A DNA stretch of 64,000 bases from Camelus dromedarius (lineage: Eukaryota), in assembly GCF_036321535.1 (NCBI RefSeq), contig NC_087437.1, positions 6,448,001 through 6,512,000 on the forward strand, in the 5' to 3' direction. How positions within the stretch are numbered: position 1 is the stretch's first letter; each line of letters starts with the position of its first letter. A program made the position numbers and the translations under genes. Shown here one piece after another: positions 1 through 12,040 of this stretch. The notes beneath the pieces are model-generated. The model was not told where the DNA came from and searched no databases. It was given only the letters and a program-made list of their open reading frames with translations.

Positions 1-1824
1 AAAACTAGAAAAAAAAAGTATTGTCATTTTATTATTTAACATGAAAAAACAGTGGTAAAGTAAGGACAAGAACAGAGAATAAAAATTACAGCTAAAAGTA
101 GTTGAGATTATACTCCCATACTGTTTTTTAAAAGTCAATCATTTTTATGTACGTAAAGTATATTAAGTTATACGTGATACTTTTAAACTTTTCAATTTAC
201 ATTTTTTTAATTTAAGAAAAAAGTCAACAGGTGGAGGCACGAAATTGTTTACAAGTTTGCTTCCACGACTCAGGAATTCACTACTCAACTGAGGCCTAAT
301 TTGGGTGATGGAAAAAGCACACACACTCAATGTTTTCACCAAAAAAACTTTCAACCCAGAGAGTATGACTCATAGCCTTTATGTTGATAAAATCCAACTA
401 ATTACTGTTGAGCAAGTCGCGCAGCTAGAAGTACACCAAGCTCCCGTGGAAAATTCACAGGTCAGGTGATGCACACGTGGTACCTGCACTCTTCCTAGTT
501 GAAGGAGTCCCTCCAGCTCTGCTATCTCCTCCCCTGGGCCCTGGGCTTGGCTTACTCAGCATAAGGGATTCCCCTAATGCAAGTTTTCTCAGCTCACCCT
601 GCCATTTGCCTCTTATCTCAAGTCACCTCTACACCTACGCGAATTATTAAAAGGCACTTCTTCATTGATACATCATTTTATTTCTTAGCACACAAGTTAT
701 CTACATCCTTGCTACTCAAGGGTGGTTCCTTGCCCAGCAGCACTTAGGAGCTTCTAGGAAATAAAGAATACAGCTGCCATCACAGATCTACTGACTCAAA
801 ATTTTTAAACAAGAGCTCCAAGGGATTGCTTTACACGCTAATAATATATACAGACTATATAGTAATACATAGGGACTATATTTTGTTGTACAAAGAATAC
901 AAAAGAATGACTAGGTCTAGAAATCTCAGCACAATTAGGCCCAAAGGTGTGCAAACTGCATTCTAAAGTTCCTGGCTTTAGAATTTGGTGTTGACAAGTG
1001 AAACTCCTTCCAGAAAATCATTATTCAGGAAAACAACAACACAAAAACCCACCAAAAAACCCTAAAGGATGTGAACTTTAAACATACATCATATTCCTGG
1101 AACCAAAACAACTTAACAGCAAACACTAAACAAACTGTAGGTCACTTGCAGAATCGGAAAACTGTGTTGGAGGTTTGTGTTCCTTTTTCCAGGAAAAGTA
1201 GGGGTGGGGGAGGGAAATCCACGTTCAACCTCTGCAAAGTTTCCCTCAGCTCCTGAAAGGCCCCAACTTGAACGTTCTCACAGGAAGTCGTACTCAAACA
1301 AGGGCACGTTTCCCTCCTGAAAGGGGAGAGGCTTCTGTCTCAAGTAAAGGCTGTATTTTAGAAAGTGTAGGGGATTCGGGGCCCGCCTGGCTTCCGGAAA
1401 TGAACAGGGAAATCCACCAAGTAGGAAGTGGAGGACCAGGCCCGCCACCGCGCTCTGCCGTCTCCCGGCGGCCGGCCTCGCGGAGACCCCCGCCGGCGGG
1501 CGTGCAGGCGGGCTGGGGCGCAGCCTCCCGGCCCGGCCGCCCGGCACCTGGGAGCCTCGCTCCCGCCCCCCAGCCCCCACGCCGGTCCGGAAGCGCACAC
1601 GGGCCGGGGGTTGGGTTCGGGGCGCGGGTCCCTGTCGGCGGCGGCGGCACCTGAGGCCTGCCCGTGAGGCGGCGGCGCGAGGGGAGGCTGGACTCCACCT
1701 GCGAGGCTGAGGGGAGACCCGGGCGGGGGCGACTGCATGTGGGGGCTGCACTGGAGGAAGGCGGAGGCGCTCAGGGGGCCGGGGCTGCTTTACGATCAGC
1801 ATCGTCATCATTATCTCGTTTTAC

Positions 1825-2010
1825 CTGTGGCGCAGAAGGGATCCCCAGCTCCTACTCTCTGAATCCTCCTCCTCCTCCTCCCCTCCTCTCTCTCTCCCTC
1901 AGTCTCTGCCGGGCGCTTGTGGTGCCGGCCGGCCCGGACCGACCAAAAAACAGAACAGGACGGGAGGGGGCGGAGGCGGCGGTGACCAGCGGCCACGTGA
2001 CCACGCTCGC
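1825..2010 (-). other. OSBPL8: Non-coding first exon of a minus-strand gene, tentatively OSBPL8; intron 1 runs from 1824 off the left edge
   Basis: Minus strand reads GGTCACGTGGCCGCTGGTCACCGCCGCC...GAGTAGGAGCTGGGGATCCCTTCTGCGCCACAG|GTAAAA, a 5' splice donor at 1825/1824 inside the CpG island. The gene name comes from my memory of the OSBPL8 5'UTR, not from a search, and the TSS is approximate. Confidence 0.5.
1991..2002. promoter_or_regulatory. USF/MiT-TFE-type extended E-box GGCCACGTGACC
   Basis: CACGTG core at 1994-1999 with GTCACGTG flank on the minus strand, near the inferred TSS. Confidence 0.7.
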
Positions 2011-2155
2011 GCCGTAAGGGCGGCCGCCTCCTGCCGCGCGCCCTCCCCACGCTCCACCTCTAATAACCCTGCGGCTCGCGCGCCGGGGACGCTGGTGCGC
2101 AGGCGCGCGGCGCTCTCACTCTCGGGCTGGCTCTGTGGGGCCCAGCGAGGCGCGA

Positions 2156-2200
2156 AGCGGCGGCGGAGCCTGGAGCGGCGGCGGAGCCTGGAGCGGCGGC
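2156..2200. repeat. 18-bp tandem repeat, 2.5 copies (AGCGGCGGCGGAGCCTGG)
   Basis: Exact units at 2156-2173 and 2174-2191, partial unit at 2192-2200. Confidence 0.9.
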
Positions 2201-2219
2201 CTACTCCGCTGCCGCCAGA

Positions 2220-2229
2220 GCGCATGCGC
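2220..2229. promoter_or_regulatory. NRF1 site GCGCATGCGC
   Basis: Perfect NRF1 consensus palindrome in the CpG island. Confidence 0.75.
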
Positions 2230-2514
2230 GGGAGGGCTTTCCCGCTCCCCTTTTCTTTCCCTCGCTCCCTTCCGCACCTTGTCTAGGTCATGAGGCAGCT
2301 GAAGACAGGCCTCTGCCCCCAGGACTTAGACCTTCTCACTTACCACGACCTTTCCAAAGGGTGAGACCTCCCGAAAGGCTGGCCCTCATGCCTAAGAACG
2401 TACATTTTCTTGTTGTGTGTAAGTGGCCTTCCGTTTGACATTTTTCTGTACTTGAGTAGACTTTTATTCATGCTTCAAGACCCAGCCAATATGTCACTTC
2501 CTCTGTGAAAGTAC

Positions 2515-3211
2515 TGTTACAGGAAGATAAGGGCCAGAGGACGGCCACCTAAGTCCTGCTTGAGTCCCGTTTCCGCCCCGTCAAGTGAGGGGGTCTTTGC
2601 GCAGAAAAGAATTCAAGAGGGAGCCATGGTAGAGTAAAAGTAGATTTATTCATAGAGGTGCACACTCCATCGAGGCTGTAGGCTGTCTCAGGAGGCCAGA
2701 GAGGCCAGGAGGCGTGGAGGTGTTTAGTTTAAACACAGGCTCCACAGACAGGGCGTCTGTGAAGGCAGGAGAGGGGCAGAAGATGCACATTCTGTAGGCA
2801 GAATACAGGCCTTCTCAAAAGTTGGAGATGTGGTCTCAGAGCGTGGGGTCCTCTAGGAACAGGAGACTGGCCCTGAGGGGTGGGGGGGTGGTTAGTTTTC
2901 ATGGGCTCCATAATTTCATGTGCTAACAAGCTGGAGGATTATTCCAACTACTTTGGGGAGGGGCAGGAATTCTTTGGAATTTGGCCACTAAAAAGGCCCA
3001 CCTTTTAGGATCAACCTCAAAACTGTCATGGTGCCTGTGGGGGTGCCAGTTAGTACCCTAATATATCACAGTGAGCATATAATGAAGCTCAAGGTCCACT
3101 GGAAGTTGAATCTTCCACCATCTTGGGCCTCAAGGCCTTGGAGGAGTTCAATCTTCAATTGCTGTGTCATTCCTTTAATGGCTCTGCCCAACCCCCTTCC
3201 CTCCTGTGTCA
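2515..3211 (-). mobile_element. ERV1-type solo LTR
   Basis: TG...CA termini, 4-bp TSD GTAC (2511-2514 and 3212-3215), minus-strand AATAAA at 2645-2650; homologous to the LTR at 36415-37456. Confidence 0.85.
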
Positions 3212-4322
3212 GTACCCACTCTGCTTTGGGGGAACCGATAGTATTTTGTGCAGACTTACTTTAGTATAAGCCATAGAGAGATAATGTATAGCAGTTTTGT
3301 GTGTTTTGTTTTGTTTTTTACAAACCCACAGTACTGGGCTTGGATTTTATGTTTCCTCATATCCTGGGAATGTGATATCTCAGGAAATGTCCGATCACTA
3401 TCAGAAGGCAGGCCATGTCTAAGCCCTGTGCCTGGCTTTCCTCCACCTCTGCTTAATCATGATTTAATACTTCCTGTAACCCTAGCACACAGGGAATGCT
3501 GGTGTTTGTTTCCCCAAAATGAAAGCCTTTGAATAGTAATGCTAATTAGAGTGGTAAATGGTTCACCTAGTTAAAAAGATTTATGGTCTTTTACTAACCT
3601 AGCTGCACAAAGATCCCAATGGAAATTGATACTGTTGAGTCCAGAAAAAGGAAACCAAGGCAGAGGAAGATCAAATTTCCAAAGGTTAGCTACCTTCAGA
3701 GGAAGATATGTATGGGAGACCTTTGTTCACAAATAGACAAACCTTCCCCTTAACACGGTGATTCCCTTACTTTCTATAGGCTGGCCCTTTTTGTTGAAGA
3801 AGCAGTAAGGTTATGTTTATACATCTGGCCAGATTTCATCAGGGAAAAGAATTAAAATAAAGAAACTTACTAACTGGTAGCTCTGGCTAGACTAGCAACA
3901 GAATCCCGGGGAAATGCTGAAATAAATGTTGATCAAGAAACAGTGTTAATGAGGGTTTCTGAGAAACGAGGAAAATCATAACCCAAGTCTCATGCATCTG
4001 CAATGTTGATAGACCCTTTTCCTCACTTAACAATGTATATACCCATGGATTGATCCCACCCAATAAGCTACTGCTTCAGATATGCTAGTAGATATCTACT
4101 ACCAGTAGATACCACGACTCTAGACATCTAGTTCAAGGTTAAGACCCTATGAGAGATGGTTATTGAGTGGCCCACTATGAGCCACGCCTCCCCAGTATTC
4201 ATGCTCTTGTGTAATCCTCTCCCCCTGAATCTGGGCAGGACCTATCACTGTTTTAAACAATGGAACGTGGGGGAAGGAGGTCTGTGCCAGTTCCAGGCCT
4301 GGGCCTTAAGAAGGCTTTGCAG

Positions 4323-5692
4323 TGGCATTAAAATTTACCAGAGCCTGTACTCATGCATAAGAGAGACTATTAAGAAATCCCTCCAAATGTAATTTGGTTT
4401 AGCCGCTATAGAAAACAGTATGGAGATTCCTTAAAAAGCTAAAAATAAGAGTTACCATATGATCCAGCAATCCCACTCCTGGGCATTTATCCAGGTAAAA
4501 CTAATTCAAAAAGGTACATGCACCCCAGTATTCGTAGCAGCACTGTTTACTATAGCCAAGGCATGGAAACAAGCTAAACGTCCATCAACAGGTGATTGGA
4601 TAAAGAAGTTGTGGCATATATATATATACACACACACACATATATACACATACATACACATACACATATATATACATACATACTACCCAGCCATAAAAAA
4701 GAATAAAATAATACGATTTGCAGCAACACTTCATACTAAGTGAAGTAAGTCAGACAGAGAAAGACAAACATCATATGATATCACTTATATGTTGAATCTT
4801 AAAAAAATAAAAAGGTACAAAGGAACTTATTTATGAAACAGAAAGAGACTCACAGACATAGAACACAAACTTATGATTACCAAAGGAGAAAGGGGAGAGA
4901 GATAAATTAGGAGTTTTAAGATCATCAGATGCTAACTACTATATATAAAATAGATAAACAACAAGGTCCTACAACAAGATAAATTTGGGAGTTTGAGATT
5001 TGCAATGTTAACCACTGTGTATCAAAATAGATAAAAAAATAGATTTCTTCTGTATAGCACAGGGAAATATATTCAATATCTTGTAATAACCTATGATGGA
5101 AAAGAATATGAAAAGGAAGGTATATGTATAACTGAATCACTATGCTGTACACCAAAAACTAACACAACATTGTAAATCAACTATACTTCAATAGGAAAAG
5201 AGAGAGAGAGCGAGAGAGAAAGAAATCCCCCCACCACTTTGTGTTCTGGAAAATAGCTTACAACAAAGACTATCTTCCCCATATGACTTAGATAAGACTT
5301 ACTTTCTCGTAAGACTAGCAGATGATCCCTTGTTTACCTGTGACAAGGCCAAACACAGACCTTTCCTTTTTGCCCAAACCCATTGACAAGCTCAAGCACA
5401 AACCCTTCAACTTCCAGATCTTTGTCTCACGAATGATTAGATAAGAGTAGAACCCATATGTCCCCTTGAAGTGAGCTGAACACAGAGACACATCACCTGG
5501 TTTACTGAAATGTCCCCTGATTACAAAATAATCCTGAAGATCATCATCCCACCTATAACTAGTCTACTCCTCCTCATAAAAGTATGTGACAAAACCACCT
5601 GCCCAGACACTCTGACCTTCAGATCTGGGTATTCTCTTTATTGCAGCAGCCTGAATAAAGTCTATTTCCTTATTTGTTTTTTGTCTTTGACA
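4323..5692 (+). mobile_element. ERV1-type solo LTR split by an L1
   Basis: TG at 4323, CA at 5691-5692, TSD GCAG (4319-4322 and 5693-5696), AATAAA at 5654-5659. Confidence 0.8.
4386..5219 (+). mobile_element. 5'-truncated L1 (ORF2 C-terminus and 3'UTR)
   Basis: ORF 4459-4743 encodes CTPVFVAALFTIAKAWKQ..WIKKLWHIY; TSD AAGAAATCC(C/T)CCA-like at 4372-4385 and 5220-5233; tail has decayed to (GA)n. Confidence 0.92.
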
Positions 5693-6114
5693 GCAGCTTC
5701 CTGTCTCTGAATTGCTTCACAGAGAGCTGCCTGCCCAACCTTGACTGCCCCCTGCACCTTTCCATTAGAGAGAAATAAACATCTACCTTATTTAAGCCAC
5801 TGAATTTTTAAAACCTCTTTTTTTAAGCTACATACCTAATACCCTACCTGATATAGTATGTGAGGTGTTATATTCTGTTAGCTAAGTTTTTATGGGGAGA
5901 ATCTCATGCAAGACTGTCTAGATCAATTTTAAAAACACAAATAGATAAGTTCACTTGCCCTTGGAAGGGATGGCATCAACATTTATGGGTATAGGAAGAA
6001 CATCGAATGCTTTGAGACTACAAGGTCCATTTTTGTGCCATTATGCTTTTTATTGTCACCAGAGCACCCGTGTTCATAGTTGCCCTTAAAAATCTTGGAG
6101 CAGTCAGAGACATT

Positions 6115-6375
6115 AGGAGGCAGTATAGAATGATGTTAAGTGCATAGGACGGGGAGTAGAATTGCCCAAGTTCAAACCCAGTTTCCCTTACTCGGTAACG
6201 ATGTAATCTCAACCAAGTTATTTAAACTAATTAACCTCTGTGGCGTCAGTTCCATCTGTGAGTTGAGGTTAATAATAGTTTCTAATTTATCAGGTTGTTG
6301 TGAGCATTGATTGAGATAATCCATTATTAACTAAGATATTTAGCACATGGTAACCATTCAATTAAAAATTAGGTA
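6115..6375 (+). mobile_element. MIR SINE
   Basis: MIR core-like text: ttcaaacccagtttccctta...caagttatttaa...aacctctgtggcgtcagtt...ttgtgagcattgattgagataatcca. Confidence 0.65.
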
Positions 6376-7214
6376 TTATTTTTATATGTTATTTTATATC
6401 TTGGAATCTTGATCAGAAAGATACATCTGCAGTCTGTAGGAAGAACAATTATCCTAGGTAAAGCAGTAATGATTGGGATTCATTGTTTGCATGCACAAAA
6501 TAGCAAATTCTGGACTTCAGACATCAAATATCAAAAGTATTTTGTTGTACTGTCCAAACATTTATGAAATATCCAGTCATATGCCTAAATGGCACATCAC
6601 TAAAAGTAACATCTTAACTTTGCTACTTTGAAAGCACCATATCTTAAAACATTATGCCAATGGGAGAAAGAACTTACAGGAAGGAGATAATCCGTGTTGA
6701 TTTTTAGTAGTTTTGTGGAAGGACTTTGAAGTTATGACCATGACCATGTAAAGCCGTTTCTTTGAAGCTTTTGTTCTCTGTGATAGCAATTATTTCGTTG
6801 GATTACTTATTCTCGGTCAGGTACATACAGCTGGTTCCACAGTAAACACCTTTCAACAGGATTTTATGGTATCTGTATTCCATATGAGACCCTTACTTTT
6901 TTTTTTTGTTTGTTTTTTGCAGGTGCAGACTTAAAATGTGCCAAGAAAAGCCTAAATAAGCAACCTGGCTCATCCCATTGAATTCATATCCCTGTGATAA
7001 TGATGTTTGTCCCATGTGTGAGGACCAGCTGGTTGAATGTCTGACCTTGCCTAGAGAGTGAGCGCCTCCCGGGCAAGAGGTATGTCTCATTCATCTCCAC
7101 ATCCGCAGTGTTTTAAGTGCTTAGCATCTGGCAGGTATTCAAGAAATGTCTGCAATGGATAAAAGTAAATATGTGTAATGTTATAGAAATCATCGACTTG
7201 CTACATGGTTGAAC

Positions 7215-7850
7215 AGTGTTTTACTCATCTTATTGCAGGGTAACAAATTACCACAAATGTAGCTGCTTAGAACAACATAAATTTATAATCTCACAGCTTC
7301 TGCAGGTCCAGAGTCTGTGCGTGGTGTACCTAGGTTCTCTGCTTCCAGATCGCTCACGCATTTGCAGTCAAAATGTTGGCTGAGGCTGTGTCTCACCTGA
7401 AGGTTTGATTGGGGAAAAATCTGTTTCCAGGCTTACCTGATTGCTGGTAGAATTCAGTTCCTTGCCAAGCATATGCTTAGCATGCAGGAGATCCTAGGTT
7501 CAATCCCCAGTACCTCCATTAATTTTTTTTTTTAAAGGGCGATTCAGTTCCTTATCAGTTGAAGGACCGAGGGCCTCATTTTCTTGTCAAGTGGACCTCT
7601 CCAAAGGACAGCTCACCCCACAGCATCTTACTTCATCAAAATCAGCAAGAGAGAGTTTCCTAGCAAGATAGCCATCACAAACTTATGTAACATAATTGTG
7701 GAGGTGACGCCCTGCCACCTTGACAATATATTGTTTGTTGGAAACAGGTCACAGGTCCCTTCCACACTTAAGGGAAGGGTATTGCACAGGGCATGTACCA
7801 GGAGGCGGGGGTAACTGGGAGCTCTCCTAGAGTCTGTTCACCACAAGCAG
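7215..7850 (-). mobile_element. MLT1-type MaLR LTR
   Basis: taacaaattaccacaaatgtagctgcttagaacaacataaatttataatctcacagcttctg... is the typical MLT1 reverse complement. Confidence 0.7.
7464..7541 (+). mobile_element. 5'-truncated tRNA-derived SINE (Vic-1-like)
   Basis: gcatatgcttagcatgcaggagatcctaggttcaatccccagtacctcca; TSD ATTCAGTTCCTT at 7452-7463 and 7542-7553. Confidence 0.85.
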
Positions 7851-8304
7851 GGCCTTGGTGTAAATAAGCAATGAGTACTTGGTCCACTCGAATGAAGAAG
7901 CTTGGTTAGGTTCACCTGCTAATTCATGAGAGTGCCCAGATACTTGCTCAAATATGTTAATGCCCCAGAGCCATGTGGTAAGAGGAAGACAGTCGTTCAC
8001 AGAAGTCCTGACAGTTTGAATGGATGGCTCATAACTCATCAACAGAATATAGCTGAACCCCAAAAATCACCTGACAGTTTTTTTAGGCTGAATGCCTATT
8101 TAAAGAAGTCCCTTAAAAACAGTAACTGAAATATGAACACTAAAGGGATGCATCGCTCTATTAGCTTGGGAATTTCCAGCCAAAGTGTCTCACATGGTCC
8201 TGGGCATTCTCCAGTTGAGTCCCTCCAGGTGAACAGCCAGCCAAAAGCATCAAGCGTACACACAGGAAGACAAATGCAGGAGAGCCATCAACAATGGGAG
8301 AGGT

Positions 8305-8790
8305 GTTAATTAGCTATTGTTGCAACAATGCTGCATAACAAACAACTCCAACATCTCAGTGACTTACAAAAGCATTGATTTTTCTCACTCCGGGGTTGCA
8401 GGTTGGTTGTGCTTCACATACTCTCACTTGGGCTTGGTTTAGCCAAACTGGGCTAGGCTGGGCTCCAGGCTTGTTTCAGGCCTGTTCCACACATCTTCAT
8501 TCTGGGACTAGCAGCTACACAGGGGATGTTCACTCTCCTCACGGCAGGTGACAGAAGACCAAGAAGAGCAAGGAGAAACTGTCAGTAACTCTTAAGGCTT
8601 TGGCTCAGGACTGGCACACTAGCACTTCTGCCCACATCTTATTGCTAAAGCAAGTCATATGGTGAGTCCAATATCAACACAATGTGGAAACACACTCTGC
8701 TTACTCTAGTGGGAGGCAGTGCAAAGTCCCATGACAGAGGATGTGGCAAGTAATTCTAATACAAGGAAAGATGAAAAATAGGGAGTGATG
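8305..8790 (-). mobile_element. MLT1-type MaLR LTR
   Basis: ttagctattgttgcaacaatgctgcataacaaacaactccaacatctcagtgactta...cacttctgcccacatcttattgctaaagcaagtcatatgg. Confidence 0.65.
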
Positions 8791-9810
8791 AGCGAATGCA
8801 AGTACAAGGTAGCCAACCTGAGGAGCCGGTGAGGTTGCCTATGACACTATCATGGGCTCCCTAATTATTGCTTTAAAGAACCAGCCACACCATCACAGAA
8901 TTAACAACCCAGGCCACTCATTGGTACAACACTGTGCTCCCTCGATATGCAACCCTCTATAAAATCCAAAATCTACATTAAGGTAATATAATAAAGGTAA
9001 AGATTTTACAAGCACAAGGGCCTTAAAAATGATGGTTCCCGTGGCAAATATAACATAGCTTTTTGTGCCCATATACTATAAAGACAGAAGTCCTAACTAT
9101 AAACAGTAATGGGAAATCATGCATATTCAGGGCTGAGGGTGATGAAAGAGTTATGAATTCAGTTAGAAAAATTACTTTGGGAATTTTATCTTACAGATGA
9201 AGCCTCAAGTAATGTACAGCATAATACAAATGAATGTTTAATAGGTGACTGAATAGAGTAATTTCATTCAGAAATGCTGCAATGTTGTATTCCAAATAAA
9301 AAGACACATTTCTTAGATGTATTATGGACCATGCCAATATTTTATTTCTATGTTTTTATTTCAAATTTAGGTAGTTGTCTTGAACTGATGGTTCTTCATT
9401 GGATTCTATTTCCTCATAAATGAGTTGGCCTCACGAACCTGGCAAATTGACATATTATACTTTCATTTAATTTTTAACTCACAGGTCTTCCAAAGATCGC
9501 CTGTTTTCAACTATTGTTTAAATGGATAGTTAAGATGGATTAATATGGAAAACTATACAGCTTGCCATTTAACTTGGCTTATTTGAAGAACATTAGATGT
9601 TATACTGTATATAGTCAATTAACTAGACATTATATTAATTTTAAAATAGACATAGAAACAATAGAAGTTGAAATACTATTCTACCAAAAACACTTAAAGA
9701 ACGTAATGTTATTCCTTCTAATATGCTACTCCTTCCAAATTCTGTAATGTCATAATTAGTGTAACATATGTAGCCAACTCCTGATACCCTATTACCAATT
9801 TGTGGGGTTT

Positions 9811-9940
9811 TTTGGTGGAGAAGGTAATTAAGTTTATTTATTTATTTTTAATTAAAAAAAATAAATGGAGGTACTGGGATTTGAACCCAGGACCTTGTGC
9901 GTGCTAAGCATGTGTTCTACCACTGAGCTATATCCTCCCC
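9811..9940 (-). mobile_element. tRNA-derived SINE (Vic-1-like)
   Basis: Reverse complement GGGGAGGATATAGCTCAGTGGTAGAACACATGCTTAGCACGCACAAGGTCCTGGGTTCAAATCCCAGTACCTCCA followed by an AT-rich tail. Confidence 0.9.
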
Positions 9941-10879
9941 CATCAGTTTGTTTATGTGTGCCTTAGGACATGAACAGATGCATTCCTGAAAAGCTGGAGT
10001 AGATTTAAATTCCATATATCAGACTATTCTTTCATTTAACTTCTATATCTTATGTTCAGATATTGAAGATACATTCGTAGGGCAAAAGACTTTAAAAGCG
10101 TGTCTACAATTTGGGTTCACAAAGGGACTGTCTAGCGATGTCTGATAGGCTGGCTTATAATTTCCTGTTTAAGGGCCCATAAAGGTACAGAAAATGAGAA
10201 AAAATGGCAGCAGTACTGTAGACTCAGAATGACAGGAATAGTTGCTAAAGTCCAGATGAAATTTCAGCTGTCTTATTGGTGATGGTGGACTGAACACATT
10301 CTTTCACTACTTTCCATATGCTCTTCCCTGTGAAACAGATGATGTCGAGGACAAGGGGGAAAAATTGGCACTCCCCTTACTGTCTGCTTTAACCCCAGCA
10401 TGCAGGTACTTTGCTGACCATAAACAAACACCAAATGAGCCAGTGGGAGCTAAAGTTCTGTCATTCCCTGTCTCTTCCCTCTACCTAATCTCAGTAGCAT
10501 CCATAGGAACAACTCCCAGAAACAACACAGCAGAAAGAGGGGTGAGTGAACAGAGCCAAGTTAAACCGTGGGATTCTTAGTTCACCTAATGAATCAAGCT
10601 CTAAATGGGACAGAGACAGGCCATGAGGCAGACTGCCTGCTGGGTGAGTAGATCTTCCTAAGACGCTACACTCTCCAAATAATTGCAAACTGCTTAGCCA
10701 GAGAAACCAATGTTGAGAGCAGGAGAAAAATGCAGCATCAGACCAGGAGACATATGTTAACATATTAGAACAACTGTTTTCATCCGGAGCAGTGTTGGTT
10801 TTGGAGAAGTGGTTCTTTTTTGTGTGGGACTGTTGGCTTCACTGGTCCTCGGGCACTCGATTCAGGTAGTCCCCCCTGT

Positions 10880-12040
10880 GCTCCAATTATTAATGTTGTG
10901 TACCAAACTACCCCAAACTTTGTGGAACAGAACAATAATAATTTTGTTATGTTCACAGATTCTCTAGCTCAGGAATTAGGGTACTTTTCTATAGCTCACC
11001 CCGTCCAGACCTCAGCTGGCAAGACTCCAAGGCTGGGGGCAAGTCAATGGCTGGCGGCTGGAATCATCAAAATTCTCCTTCACTCATGTATCTGGCAGAT
11101 GGGCTGGGAGGACTCAAAGGCTGGGCTGCTCATCAGAGTACCAACACGAGGCCTCACCATGTGGTTTGGTATGTGTATGGTACCATCCCCACATGGTAGC
11201 CTCTTACGGCTTAATAATCTTCATCATCAGACCTAGTTCAGGGCTCTGAGTGTGAGTGTTCCAGGTAGAAGTGGTGTGGCTTTTTCTGACCTTGCCTTGA
11301 GAGTCATACAGCGTCACTTCTGCTGCACTCTTGGCTGCAAGTGAGTCTAAGCCCACCAAGATTTGAGGTCAAGGGCAGATCTGCTTTTCATTGGGAAGAA
11401 TGTCAGAAGAGATATTGTGTCATCTCTGGAAAATAGGGTCTGCTTGTCATTAAGACAATCCATATTCATCTCTATGGCTGCCATAACAAATTACCACAAA
11501 GTTAACCTCTTAAACAGCACAAGTTATTATCTTCTCCTTCTGTAAGTCGGAAGTTTGGCACAGATTTCACCAAACTGAAATCAAGGTGTCAGCAGGCTAT
11601 ATTCCTTACTGGAGGCTCTAAGGGAGAGTCAGTTTCCTGTTCATTTGAGTTGTTGGCAGAATTCAGTTCCTTGAAGTTGTAGAGCCAAGGTCTTCATTTT
11701 CTTGCTGGCTGTCACTTATGGCTCTTCCTAGTTTTGAGAGGCCACCCACATTCCTTGGCTGGTGGTCTCCTCGCTCCATCTTCAGAGTCAGTGCCAGCTG
11801 GTTGAGTCCTTCTCCTATAACATCCCTCTGGTCCTTCTGTCATCACATCTCTCTTTGACCACAGCCTGGAAAGATGGAAAGTGTCTCTACTTTTAAGGAT
11901 AATCCTGGATAACCTCTCCATCTCAAGGACCCTAACCTTCATCACATCTGTTCCTTTTGTCATTTAAAGTAATATATTCATAAATTCCAAGGATTAGGGC
12001 ATGGACATCTTTGAAAGGGACATTATTCTGCCTGCTTGTC
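10880..12040 (-). mobile_element. Two adjacent MLT1-type MaLR LTRs (~10880-11440 and ~11455-12040)
   Basis: Two MLT1 reverse-complement starts (caaactaccccaaactttgtggaac... and gctgccataacaaattaccacaaa...) and typical ends (gggattagggcatggacatcttt). Confidence 0.65.

Larger units (their letters stand above)
1400..2300. promoter_or_regulatory. CpG-island promoter
   Basis: Very GC- and CpG-rich block against an AT-rich background, with GC boxes (GGGCGG/CCGCCC), an E-box and an NRF1 palindrome. Confidence 0.92.
4155..5850 (+). mobile_element. MaLR (MLT1-type) LTR interrupted by an ERV1 LTR and an L1
   Basis: MLT1-like text (...gtgtaatcctctcccc...ttccaggcctgggccttaag... and ...aaataaac...ttaagccactgaatttt) lies on both sides of the inserts. 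Confidence 0.6.

Noticed and set aside
1268..2286. Cluster of 60-177 aa ORFs on both strands
   Set aside because: Pro/Arg/Gly/Ala-rich open frames are expected from stop-poor CpG-island DNA; no recognisable protein, and several cross the splice donor.
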